Part shown: positions 28,636 through 38,554 of the stretch, one piece after another
How the letters are laid out: every line of letters begins with the position of its first letter
Numbering within the stretch: the first letter of the stretch is position 1
NCBI GenBank assembly: GCA_964522375.1
Contig: CAZFVB010000003.1
Span: 14,608-78,607 of the forward strand
Length of the DNA: 64,000 bases
Origin: an uncultured Chloroflexota bacterium
GTDB lineage: Bacteria; Chloroflexota; UBA11872
Direction of reading: 5' to 3'
Made by a program: the position numbers and the translations under genes
The notes under the pieces: generated by a model
Told to the model about the DNA's origin: nothing
Databases searched by the model: none
What the model saw: only the letters and a program-made list of their open reading frames with translations

Positions 28636-30303
28636 CTAAACCGACCCGTCCACCACAACGTCGATGAGCGCCGGCCCACCCAGGGCCAGGGCCCGTCGAA
28701 TAGCCGGTGCAACTTCATCCGCGTCCTCAACCCGTTCAGCTGACACGCCGAACGCCTGGGCAATCGCCGCCAGATCAAACGGCCGATCAAAGTCCATGCC
28801 GAGATACTTGCTGGACGCTGACGGATCATCCAAGACATCAGTAAACCAACGCTGCAAGTTCACCTTGAGGATTCGATAGGACGCGTTGTTACAGATGACG
28901 TACACCACGGGCAGTTGATAGGTCATCGCTGTCCATAGTGCCTGGATCGTCATCATGGCGCTTCCATCACCGATCACTCCAACTACCGGAACGCCCGGAG
29001 CACCGAGCGATACACCGAGCGTCGCGCCCATCCCCCACCCGATCGCACCACCAGCTCGTTCGGCATGCACCCGACGTCGCTCGTCAAAACACACCGCGGC
29101 GTGGAGATCCATGCGGGCCGACACGCTATCGTCGACAATAATCACCTCATCGGGCAGCGCCTCGTTAAGCGCGGCCATCATGGATGCGACCGACATCGGA
29201 CGGTCCAGCCCGCCCACCTGTGCGCCATGACCAGCTTGACGTCGTCGATCCGCGCTCGATGAAGCCAGCAAGGCCGATCGGTGAACCACCGTCGCCTTCT
29301 GTGCATCCGTCTGTACCGCAGCCACCGCCAAACAGAGCCCCTGCAACGCACGGCCAGGGTCCGCCCAGATCCCTACATCCACAGGTTCAGTGCGTGCGAT
29401 CTCATCCTGATTGATATCAATCTGAATTAACTGCGCATCCGCCGGCAGGACATCCGTTGCCGCCTTGAAAAAATCGTGAAACACTCGAGCTCCAACCGCG
29501 ACCAATACGTCCACATCAGCAAGCGCTTCCCGATAAAACGGGACGTACGGCGGAAGCAAGCCCTGCCAGTGATCATGAGAGGTTGGAAACACCATTGCCG
29601 GATAGGACACTCCGTAAACAGCCGCCCCAACTAATTCGGCCAAGGCAACCGCTGGCTTTACTGCGCCGTACTGAGCCACACGATCGCCGACGAGTAACGC
29701 CGGACGCTTCGCACCCACCAGCACATGGGCTGCCGTCTCAATCATCGACTGGTCGGCTGCCACCGCCGTTCCCAGATCCCCCGAAGCTATCACCTCGTCA
29801 TCGGTGAGTTCGTCCAGGACGTTTTGCGCAATGGACACATAGGTCGGCCCTGTTGGTGGCGTCTTGGCCGTCCGAAACGCCCGTCGCATCACGCGACCAA
29901 GTTGATCCGCACGGGTCACCTCGGCCCCCCACTTGGTAAAAGGCCGGGTCAATTCCACGAGATCCGTCCGGCCCTCAGCCACCTTGTCCACATCGCTATT
30001 CGCGGATGTAAGGACCATCGGGGTGCCGCCCGCCGAGGCATTGAAGAGCAGCCTTAACCCGTTCGACAAGCCGGTCTCAATATGAAGGTTCACGAAAGCA
30101 GGCTGGCCGGACTCCCGGGCATACCCATCAGCCATACCCATCGCCACACCCTCCTGCGTCACCAGGAAATATTCCAGATCCCCACATGTCTCAAGGGCAT
30201 GCATGATGGCGCCTTCAGTCGTGCCGGGGTTGCCAAAGATATAGCGCACACCCTCAGCCTTGAGAATCTCAAGAAGCACCTCGCGCCCCGGTCGAGCACT
30301 CAT
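28636..30303 (-). CDS. Thiamine-pyrophosphate-binding enzyme (acetolactate-synthase large-subunit / benzoylformate-decarboxylase-like)
   Basis: 555 aa with the N-terminal TPP-Pyr domain (..YIFGNPGTTEGAIMHALE..) and C-terminal TPP motif (..GDGSAMMTIQALWTAMTYQLPVVYVICNN..). Confidence 0.8.
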   Translation of the reverse strand: MSARPGREVLLEILKAEGVRYIFGNPGTTEGAIMHALETCGDLEYFLVTQEGVAMGMADGYARESGQPAFVNLHIETGLSNGLRLLFNASAGGTPMVLTSANSDVDKVAEGRTDLVELTRPFTKWGAEVTRADQLGRVMRRAFRTAKTPPTGPTYVSIAQNVLDELTDDEVIASGDLGTAVAADQSMIETAAHVLVGAKRPALLVGDRVAQYGAVKPAVALAELVGAAVYGVSYPAMVFPTSHDHWQGLLPPYVPFYREALADVDVLVAVGARVFHDFFKAATDVLPADAQLIQIDINQDEIARTEPVDVGIWADPGRALQGLCLAVAAVQTDAQKATVVHRSALLASSSADRRRQAGHGAQVGGLDRPMSVASMMAALNEALPDEVIIVDDSVSARMDLHAAVCFDERRRVHAERAGGAIGWGMGATLGVSLGAPGVPVVGVIGDGSAMMTIQALWTAMTYQLPVVYVICNNASYRILKVNLQRWFTDVLDDPSASSKYLGMDFDRPFDLAAIAQAFGVSAERVEDADEVAPAIRRALALGGPALIDVVVDGSV

Positions 30304-31529
30304 TGCATCACCTCCGGACTCCAGGCCCGGAGAGCACCGGACACGTCAAGCACATACATTTGCCGAGAGCCTTCATGGACCGAGTCGATACACACCGAGT
30401 TTCCACCACGATTCCACCGCGGATGGAGATCACACCGAACTGATCCATGGTATCGAGAAGGCACGTGAAATCTGGCAAGACTGAGAACACGCTCCGTCAG
30501 TTCATCAAATATCAAGAGTCCTCGCATCCCATTCTGATCCACAGGCGTGTCAGTCAGAATATAACGACCGCCAGGCCGATAGGTGCAGTGGCCATCAGGA
30601 GGTAGCAATTGCGCACCGATACGCCTCGCATTCCCCATCGCTACATCAAGAATGCGAAATCCCATATCGTGATACGGGATCGTGGGCGCAAAAGGATCTA
30701 CTTCCACGTCAGCCGCCACACCCGAAACCACAATCTCGGTAGGCGACCGCCAGCACATGTGAGACACGCGCGCTGGCCATATTTCACGAATCGAAAAATC
30801 ATCCAGCGTAAGCAGCATAAATCTGGTCCGAAATCGAGGCGCGCTGGGAGGCCACCATCGATGGACAAACATAGCGGCAGCGTCATCCGGGCTAACTATC
30901 AGATGGTTCACCCAGTTCACAGCCCCGTCCATGGATGGGTCGTGACAGGTCGTCACAATCGCATCTAGCGACGCGACCAGTCGTTACTAACCCGACTCGA
31001 GGTCATCCACAAAATTTCCATCGTCCTCAGAATGGTCGACACCTTCCCACGGATCAGGCACTCCCGGATAACCAACCTCCGGCCGAACTCGGAGCCTGGC
31101 AAAGTTAAGACTCAAGGCCCGTGACTGATCGTGAGTCAGGGCTGCGATCGGCCGATCAAGCACCCGTAGCACACCTGAATCAACATCGCGGACCCTGGCC
31201 ACAAAACGACCGCGGTCAATGTCATTGTGTACAAAGGTCCGCGGGCCCTGCTCGGGCAACCAATGCAACATCGCTCCTTGCTGCCACGACCAGGTACGCG
31301 TTGTCGCAACTGGTTCGAATCGGCACAAGCCCTGGGTGTCAATGAGGCCAATGGTCGCCATGTCTCCACTCGTCGGTATCCCAACATCACGGGTCACGCG
31401 CTGTGCCAACATCCACCGATCGGACATGTCCCATGCTGGCATGTCGTAGTAGCCAAAAAAGTGACCTGCAGGGCCAGCGGTGATTCGCCGCACCTGCACA
31501 GCGACCCCACTCGCACATTCAATAGCCAT
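30300..31529 (-). pseudogene. Frameshift-disrupted oligogalacturonide-lyase-like (PL22 / Ogl-like) beta-propeller gene
   Basis: ORF 30987..31529 (180 aa) has the PL22-like N-terminus (..VQVRRITAGPAGHFFGYYDMPAWDMSDRWML..). ORF 30300..30956 (218 aa) has the matching C-terminal part (..HGSVRCDLHPRWNRGGNSVCIDSV..). The sum is ~398 aa, which is Ogl-sized. The two ORFs are in different frames, separated by ~30 nt. Confidence 0.4.
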
Positions 31530-31644
31530 GACGACCCCTCGAGAACAAGGGCCAATAATTGTAACGAGGCCCTACACCGAAACGTCCACGCAGAAGGTGC
31601 ATTACTCTTTGTCTCTGTACAGGCCCTAAGACTGGAGATCAAAC

Positions 31645-32409
31645 GTGCGCCTCAAAAATAAAGTCATCGGAATTTCAGGCGCCGCATCTGGAATCGGCCA
31701 AGCATGTGCTGTGGCTGCTGCTGCTGAAGGTGCAAACGTGGCCCTCGGCGACATCGACCAGGAAGGCCTTACCGAAACTGCACGACTAGTGGAAGAAACC
31801 GGCCAACAAGCCGTGAGCCACCTCGTAGACGTCACCTCAGAAACCGACCAATCCGATCTCGTAACCCTTGCCACCGAGAAACTCGGCGGCCTTCACGGGT
31901 GGATTGGAAGTGCAGGGACTGGGTCGTCTGACACCGTCCTTGACCACTCGCGCGACGAATGGCGACGAGTAATGCATATCAATGTGGAAGGTGTGTTTTT
32001 CGGTGCCCAGGCCGCAGCCCGATATATGCGTGAGCACGGCGGTGGCTCCCTGGTCAACATAGCCTCAATGTACGGCCAGCGCGCCTTCCCACTACGGGCT
32101 GCCTACTGCACCTCCAAGGCCGCCGTCATCATGTTGACCCAAGTGATGGCACTCGAACTAGCCGAACACAATATTCGCGTTAATGCCGTAGCACCCGGCT
32201 ATACCGACACACCACTCTTTCAGGCTGGGCTTGTGAGGGACGGCCAATGGAAGCTCGATCGAATGCTCGAGCGCGTCCCCACCGGTCGACTGGCACACCC
32301 AGATGAAATCGCAAAGGCCGCCATCTTCCTCCTATCAGATGACGCGAGCTATGTAAACGGACACACCTTGACGGCTGACGGGGGATGGGTCATCAATGGC
32401 AAATGGTGA
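31645..32409 (+). CDS. SDR-family short-chain dehydrogenase/reductase
   Basis: GISGAASGIGQA glycine motif, NVA.G, and catalytic Y..K (..SMYGQRAFPLRAAYCTSKAAV..). Confidence 0.85.
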   Translation: MRLKNKVIGISGAASGIGQACAVAAAAEGANVALGDIDQEGLTETARLVEETGQQAVSHLVDVTSETDQSDLVTLATEKLGGLHGWIGSAGTGSSDTVLDHSRDEWRRVMHINVEGVFFGAQAAARYMREHGGGSLVNIASMYGQRAFPLRAAYCTSKAAVIMLTQVMALELAEHNIRVNAVAPGYTDTPLFQAGLVRDGQWKLDRMLERVPTGRLAHPDEIAKAAIFLLSDDASYVNGHTLTADGGWVINGKW

Positions 32410-32489
32410 TCCCACCGTCCAAGTGCTCAACCCGACACTATTGCTGACTTACACTAGGCCATCAATCTGTCATCGATAGAAACTCTTTC

Positions 32490-33485
32490 GTGAAACTCAC
32501 CGAAACAGACGTGGAATTCTTCACCCGTGAAGGCTATCTCGTCGTCCCCAAGGCCTTTGATCCGATAGGCCTCCAGCCAGCTATTGATGAGATCACCGCT
32601 GTGATTGATGACCGAGCAACGCAGGCCGTGACGCGAGGGGATCTAAGCCAAACCTACGCCGATGAACCGTTTGAAACCCGCCTCTGGAAAATCCATCAGG
32701 AACATGAAGACCTGTATTGGTCGTTGTTAGGACGATCACTTGAAGCCCAAGGAGTTTTTCCTCTCCTTACAAATCCCGGCCTTTTAGACATTGCCGAAAG
32801 CATCGTAGGCCCAGAAATCATCGCGTCGGCGGTATATGTACTGCGACCAAAACTTCCAGGGCATTGGCATGGGGAAGTCCCATGGCATCAGGATTCCGGA
32901 TACTTCGAACCGGTTTGCGACAAGAGCCTAATCCTCACCGTCTGGGTGCCATTTGTTGATGCGACCGTAGAGCGAGGCTGCCTCGAGGTGATGCCCCGAA
33001 GCCATACAGGAGGCATCGTGCGTCACCGAGAACTGCCTGCCGGCGGGACAGCCCCAGAGCTAAATGTGCCCGGCAGAACGCCAAGTCGCGGATACCTGGA
33101 AATTTCGGAGGATGACCTCCCTGGAGAACGGATTGTTCCAGTCCCTATCAACAGGGGTGGTGTCGTTCTACTTACAAACCGAACTGCCCACCGATCCACG
33201 CCTAACCTTAGCGACGTCGTCCGATGGAGCATCGACATTCGATACCAAAGCACCGACTTGCCCACAAATTTTCCGCTGTCTTCCCCGAGTGATAAGACGC
33301 ACAACAATGGGACACCTGCAGAAAACAGTGAGAGATCAGGCTTGAGTTGCTATCCGCCAGAACCTGACTTTCTCGTGCGCAGCCGTTTACGGCCAGAACG
33401 AGTAATCAGCACGTGGGAAGCCTTTGATCAGCATCGACGAACACATGAGCCGGCCCAAAGCACAACGCGCTGGCAACCCGCTTAA
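32490..33485 (+). CDS. Phytanoyl-CoA dioxygenase (PhyH) family protein, second paralog in the window
   Basis: GTG start. Motifs ..FFTREGYLVVPKAFD.. and ..WHQDSGYF.. resemble PhyH. Confidence 0.55.
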   Translation: MKLTETDVEFFTREGYLVVPKAFDPIGLQPAIDEITAVIDDRATQAVTRGDLSQTYADEPFETRLWKIHQEHEDLYWSLLGRSLEAQGVFPLLTNPGLLDIAESIVGPEIIASAVYVLRPKLPGHWHGEVPWHQDSGYFEPVCDKSLILTVWVPFVDATVERGCLEVMPRSHTGGIVRHRELPAGGTAPELNVPGRTPSRGYLEISEDDLPGERIVPVPINRGGVVLLTNRTAHRSTPNLSDVVRWSIDIRYQSTDLPTNFPLSSPSDKTHNNGTPAENSERSGLSCYPPEPDFLVRSRLRPERVISTWEAFDQHRRTHEPAQSTTRWQPA

Positions 33486-33535
33486 CAAGGTCAGGATCAG
33501 GACAAGCTGATCCCCCGCCATCAGGCGAGTGAGAC

Positions 33536-34807
33536 TCATGGACGATCTGGGAGGCCCTCGTATTCTGGCTGCAGGTTCCACAGATTGCGGGCCCAGAGCA
33601 GAACACAAACCCCGACGGCGAAGGTGGAAAGCCCGCCCAGCCACATTGCCATCGAGACACCTCGGACTTCGGCAATGTATGACATCGGGAGCAGACCGAG
33701 CGGCGACAGACCGAACGTCATCATCCGTAATGACATCACCCGACCACGAAGATCGTCAGGAACAAGCAGCAACAATGTCGCTTGGTTTGTAGCCATATAG
33801 ACGGACTGAAAAAACCCCACGAACGCGATTGCGATTGCGGCAGTCTCGATAGAACGAGTAAACGACAAGCCCACTAACAACAAGCCGTGCATCAGTATTG
33901 CGCCGAACAGGACTCGGCCTTTGAACCTGAAATTCGAATAAGTGACCACAACAACCGAGCCTGCTAGCGCACCCACGCCCAACGCCCCGAGCAAGAACCC
34001 TAACGCTTCCGGGCCAGCCCCCAAGCTTTGCCGAACAAATGCCGGCATTAAGTACGTGACCGGCATACCAAAAAGCGATGGACCCAGTGCCAATAACATT
34101 AAGGCCAACATGGTCTTGGTCCGGGCAACGTACGCAAACCCTTCACGCAAGTCCGTCAAAGTTGAGGTCCGAGGACGTTTCGCACGCGGTGGCGACGTGA
34201 TCCGAAACATGTTCAAGGTGCTCCACACATAACCAAGAACCTGTGTGAAATAGGTCACTGCGATACCGAACGCCCCAATGAGCAAACCTGCTATCGACGG
34301 ACCCAAAATTCGCGCACTGTTCATCGTCGTACTGTGAAGGGCAATGGCATTACTCAGATGTTGCCGGGGGACTAACCCAGCCACCAAGGAGGTGCGCGAC
34401 GGCATATTGATCGCAAACGACGTGCCCACGACCAATGAAGAAATAACGAGGTGCACCATATGAATACGCTCAATCTGCACCAATAAGGCAATCATTAACA
34501 TCGTGACGCCGATTAGGGCCTGCGCTGTGATCACAATGGCCCGTCGGTCAAGCCGATCGGCAAGCACTCCTCCGATAGGCGACAGCAGCAACATGGGGAT
34601 CGAACGAAAAAAGGCCAATAGGCCCAACGCAAAAGCTGATTCGGTTAATTCCAGCACAAGCCAACCCTGAGAAACTTGTTGCATCCAGAAAGCGATTTGG
34701 CTTCCAGCATTGGCCTGCCACAAGCGTGAATACTGGGCATAGGCAAGCGCGGGTGCCAGGCGATCCCGAACACGAGTAAGCGACTGTATTAGCAACGCGA
34801 CCCTCAC
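33536..34807 (-). CDS. MFS transporter
   Basis: 423 aa with ~12 TM segments and MFS-like motifs (..GGVLADRLDRR..). Confidence 0.8.
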   Translation of the reverse strand: MRVALLIQSLTRVRDRLAPALAYAQYSRLWQANAGSQIAFWMQQVSQGWLVLELTESAFALGLLAFFRSIPMLLLSPIGGVLADRLDRRAIVITAQALIGVTMLMIALLVQIERIHMVHLVISSLVVGTSFAINMPSRTSLVAGLVPRQHLSNAIALHSTTMNSARILGPSIAGLLIGAFGIAVTYFTQVLGYVWSTLNMFRITSPPRAKRPRTSTLTDLREGFAYVARTKTMLALMLLALGPSLFGMPVTYLMPAFVRQSLGAGPEALGFLLGALGVGALAGSVVVVTYSNFRFKGRVLFGAILMHGLLLVGLSFTRSIETAAIAIAFVGFFQSVYMATNQATLLLLVPDDLRGRVMSLRMMTFGLSPLGLLPMSYIAEVRGVSMAMWLGGLSTFAVGVCVLLWARNLWNLQPEYEGLPDRP

Positions 34808-34899
34808 CTAGCTTTCAGAACTGCCCACGTGTCGTCGATGAAACAAATCTGGATGCTTCCACTCACTTCGTTAGCCCACAATCGAGTGCTAACAACACG

Positions 34900-36948
34900 T
34901 TACACGGTTAGCGACGACAGCTCTTCTCGCATCCTGCTTATTTCATCCCTCAACACAGCAGCCTTCTCAAAATCCAAACTGTCAGCCGCCAGACGCATCC
35001 GGCTCTCGAGTTCCTTAATTGCTTGAGCAACTTCCAACCGCGACATTTGATCGATACGAACAAAACCCATCTGTTCCCTAATCGCATCTTCATCGATGCC
35101 TGTCGAACGTTCGTCTCCAGACTCCTTGGCAACCCGGTCCGTCAGGTCACTGAGCCCTTTGACAATAGAAGCTGGCGTAATGTCATGCTCCGTGTTGTAG
35201 GCCACCTGTAGTTCCCGACGACGGGATGTTTCGTCAATCGCACGCTGCATGCTCCGCGTAATGACGTCCGCGTACATGAGAACTCGACCATTCACATGCC
35301 GAGCCGCACGACCAATGGTTTGAACCAGTGAAGTATCGGAACGAAGAAACCCTTCCTTGTCGGCGTCCAAAATTGCGACAAGGCTCACTTCGGGCAAATC
35401 AATACCCTCGCGCAAGAGGTTGATACCCACCACCACGTCATACACGCCTCGGCGCAAATCACTCAAGATTTCAACACGTTCGAGGGTTTCAACCTCCGAA
35501 TGCAGGTAATGCACCCGGATACCCAGTTCCGCAAGATACTCAGACAACTCCTCGGCCATCCGCTTGGTTAAGGTCGTAATCAATACTCGTTCGTTAACCT
35601 GCACTCGATTGTTGATCTCACCAACCAAATCATCAATCTGCCCCCTGGTGTCACGAACTTCTATAGCTGGATCAATCAAACCTGTCGGCCGCACGATCTG
35701 CTCCACGATTTGCTCGCTATGTTCGTGTTCATAAGCACCTGGGGTCGCCGACATAAAGACAGCCGTGTTGAAGTGCTGCTCAAATTCCTCAAACGATAAA
35801 GGCCGGTTATCGAATGCTGACGGGAGACGAAACCCGTATTCCACAAGAGCCTCTTTCCTGGCCCGATCACCGGCCAACATGCCCCGTACCTGCGGCAACG
35901 TCACATGTGACTCGTCAACTACCAGTAAATAGTCCTCCGGCAGGTAGTCCAAGAGCACCCACGGGGGGTCACCTGTTTGTCGAACGTTGAGATGGCGACT
36001 GTAGTTCTCGATGCCCGAACACGTCCCCGTTTCCCTCAACATCTCGATATCGAAATTTGTTCGTTGCCGGAGCCGAGCAGCCTCCAAAACCTTGCCCCGG
36101 GCCTCCAATTGAGCGAGGCGTTCATCAAGTTCTTGGCCAATCGTCGTAACAGCTGCAGTTAGCCGCTCGGCCGGAGTGACATAGAACCGAGCCGGATAAA
36201 TCGTGACACGTTGCAGTTCTTCCAATATCTCCCCGGTGAGCGGCTCGAGCTTCACAATTCGTTCAAGCTCATCGCCAAAAAACTCGATCCGAACCGCAAA
36301 GTCATCGTAGGTCGGGAAAATCTCAAGCACCTCACCACGCACTCGGAAACGTCCATGCTCAAGCGACGCGTCGTTCCGCATGTATTGCAGCCCTACAAGA
36401 GTTCGTAAAAGACGCTGCCGCTCAAACTCGCCGCCCACATCAAGGGAAAGGCTTAAATCGCCGTAGTCCTCCGGCGGGGTGATTCCGTAAATGCATGAGA
36501 CTGTCGCGACGACGATGACATCTCGTCGTTCAAACAAAGAGCGGGTCGTCGAATACCGGAGTTTCTCGATCTCCGCGTTGATGTCGGTGTCTTTTTCAAT
36601 GTACGTGTCAGACCTAGCAATATAGGCCTCGGGTTGATAGTAGTCGTAATAACTGACGAAATACTCCACCGCATTTCGAGGGAAGATCTCCTTGAACTCG
36701 GTTGCCAGCTGCGCAGCCAGCGTCTTGTTATGCGCAAGAACAAGAGCCGGACGCTGAATCTGTTGAATGACGTTGGCCACCGTAAACGTTTTGCCTGAAC
36801 CCGTTACTCCTAGCAACGTTTGTGCACGATGGCCGGCCTCTAGACCTTGCACCAAGTTCGCGATGGCTCGCGGTTGATCGCCGGCCGGTTGGTAACCCGC
36901 CGCCAACTCAAAACCAGCCGACACGCCGCTCTTAGGAAGAGTAGCCAT
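34900..36948 (-). CDS. uvrB: Excinuclease ABC subunit B
   Basis: Walker A GVTGSGKT, beta-hairpin region [14 protein letters not shown], helicase motifs, and the C-terminal UvrB/UvrC interaction domain. Confidence 0.95.
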   Translation of the reverse strand: MATLPKSGVSAGFELAAGYQPAGDQPRAIANLVQGLEAGHRAQTLLGVTGSGKTFTVANVIQQIQRPALVLAHNKTLAAQLATEFKEIFPRNAVEYFVSYYDYYQPEAYIARSDTYIEKDTDINAEIEKLRYSTTRSLFERRDVIVVATVSCIYGITPPEDYGDLSLSLDVGGEFERQRLLRTLVGLQYMRNDASLEHGRFRVRGEVLEIFPTYDDFAVRIEFFGDELERIVKLEPLTGEILEELQRVTIYPARFYVTPAERLTAAVTTIGQELDERLAQLEARGKVLEAARLRQRTNFDIEMLRETGTCSGIENYSRHLNVRQTGDPPWVLLDYLPEDYLLVVDESHVTLPQVRGMLAGDRARKEALVEYGFRLPSAFDNRPLSFEEFEQHFNTAVFMSATPGAYEHEHSEQIVEQIVRPTGLIDPAIEVRDTRGQIDDLVGEINNRVQVNERVLITTLTKRMAEELSEYLAELGIRVHYLHSEVETLERVEILSDLRRGVYDVVVGINLLREGIDLPEVSLVAILDADKEGFLRSDTSLVQTIGRAARHVNGRVLMYADVITRSMQRAIDETSRRRELQVAYNTEHDITPASIVKGLSDLTDRVAKESGDERSTGIDEDAIREQMGFVRIDQMSRLEVAQAIKELESRMRLAADSLDFEKAAVLRDEISRMREELSSLTV

Positions 36949-37176
36949 CGTAAACTCGCCATCGACGACATACAGCCGCAGCAGTCAGCAAATCGTCAAG
37001 CAACTCTTGGCCAACGCTGTAGTAGTTGCGGATATAAAACATCCCAACTGAATGGTCATCCTCGAACCTAAGCAAATCCCCTCCGTACAAATATCGGCTT
37101 AAATAGGAATCCCCCACATATCAAGCCAACTATCTAATAATTAACTACCAGTCCATCCAAGCGTAAGGCTACACAT

Positions 37177-37473
37177 ATGCTCTTTCACATTACACACCGT
37201 CACGATGAATCCACATGCCCACTGCACGACGAGGAGGCAGGCAATGCCACCTTCGGGTCTGTGCTATCTGCGCTCGAAGCCAATGTGGACAACGTCATTG
37301 GCGCATGGACTGATCCTGCCGGGCATCGGGTGTTCTTCGTTGTCGAGGCAAGCGACGCCACACAAATTCTGATGGGGCTCTGGCCCATCATTCCAGCTGG
37401 AACCGCCGACATCGTGCCCGTCCTAGATACGGCCAAAATGCTGGCTGCAAGGGAAGCCAAGTTGAAGTCTTAA
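37177..37473 (+). CDS. Small hypothetical protein (98 aa), possible dimeric alpha/beta-barrel (DUF3303-like)
   Basis: MLFHITHRHDES.. Compact ORF divergent from uvrB, with an A/T-rich promoter-like region upstream. Confidence 0.3.
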   Translation: MLFHITHRHDESTCPLHDEEAGNATFGSVLSALEANVDNVIGAWTDPAGHRVFFVVEASDATQILMGLWPIIPAGTADIVPVLDTAKMLAAREAKLKS

Positions 37474-37623
37474 CAGGCCAAACCGAACACCCTGACCTCG
37501 GGCCAAACGAAAACATGTCATGCCTAGTGCGATGCCCCCCTAACTCCTGCACAGGTGAATATGTGCGACAACGCCGTACCATGTATTGTGACCTCCCGAC
37601 ACATTCGCACTAGCGATCAGTAA

Positions 37624-38244
37624 ATGGTTGCCATACGTCCGGCAACAGCAACGAGTAGAGACATCGAATCGGTCGGTCGGCTCATGCTGGATGCCTTCCC
37701 GGAAACGTTCACATACATCTTCGGTGACCGAGATCGCCAAGCAGCCTTGGCCATTGGTTACGGCTTACACGCGTTTGGATCCCTTCCCGACGCTTGGCTA
37801 GCGGAGCGACACGGGACGTGCGTCGGCCTCATCCTCATACGATGGCGCAATGGAGCCACACCAGCCGCTGGCACGCGAGCATTTTTCGCAATGGCGCGCG
37901 CGCTCGGTCCTCTCCGGGCCTTGCGAGTGGCTTATCACATCCCGCCGCTACCGCCGCATTGGCTACACGAAGGTGAGGCCTACATCAGCGCGCTAGCGGT
38001 TGCCTCGAATGAGCGAGGTCGCGGTTATGGATCCGCATTGCTTCTTCACGCCGTCAAGTTAGCGCAAGCGCGTCACTACGACCGAATCACACTCCGGGTT
38101 GAAGGCGAAAACGCACCTGCTCGCTTGCTGTTCGAGCAACACGGGTTCCTGAATGACCCGCGACCTTTCCAATGGTTTTTCAACATGGTGAGAAGGCATT
38201 TTGGGGAAGTCGTGATGAGCCTGCACCTCAAAAAGAACAACTAG
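37624..38244 (+). CDS. GNAT-family N-acetyltransferase
   Basis: Acetyl-CoA-binding motif ..ERGRGYGSALLLHAVKLAQARHYDRITLRVEGENAPARLLFEQHGF.. Confidence 0.7.
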   Translation: MVAIRPATATSRDIESVGRLMLDAFPETFTYIFGDRDRQAALAIGYGLHAFGSLPDAWLAERHGTCVGLILIRWRNGATPAAGTRAFFAMARALGPLRALRVAYHIPPLPPHWLHEGEAYISALAVASNERGRGYGSALLLHAVKLAQARHYDRITLRVEGENAPARLLFEQHGFLNDPRPFQWFFNMVRRHFGEVVMSLHLKKNN

Positions 38245-38384
38245 GGTGGGGCTCGTCGAATCCCGTGACCGCCTTCGGCCCCAAAGTGTTCGCACATTGG
38301 CATCACGACACACAGACCCAGAAAATTCTCACGTGCTAAATTCTGGCACCATTCATCATGGAACATATCCGGGTGAAATCATCA

Positions 38385-38534
38385 ATGGCCACGAAGATAT
38401 TCAGAGCCCTGCTGGGTGGAGCATTGCTCGTCATGACCAGCATCTCATTTGCCACTTCCGGAGGCGATGAAGATCGGTACGGGGGCAAGAAAAGTGGTGC
38501 GCTCCAATACCGGCAATGCCGACCATGTCCATAA
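38385..38534 (+). CDS. Candidate 49-codon ORF encoding a signal-peptide-like small protein (below ORF-track length cutoff)
   Basis: MATKIFRALLGGALLVMTSISFATSGGDEDRYGGKKSGALQYRQCRPCP. It has an n-region with K/R, a hydrophobic core, then a polar tail with a CxxC pair. It lies in the 311-nt convergent gap between the GNAT gene and lepA. A longer start is possible at 38358. Confidence 0.2.
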   Translation: MATKIFRALLGGALLVMTSISFATSGGDEDRYGGKKSGALQYRQCRPCP

Positions 38535-38554
38535 ATGGATTTATTTTGATTGCC

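Noticed and set aside
38250-38290. tRNA-like T-loop fragment (..TCGTCGAATCCCGTGACCGCC..) just after the GNAT gene
   Set aside because: I could not assemble a T-stem, acceptor stem or anticodon arm around it, and there is no CCA-compatible 3' end. It is more likely a weak hairpin (GGGGC..GCCCC) than a tRNA. No convincing tRNA was found anywhere in the window by eye.
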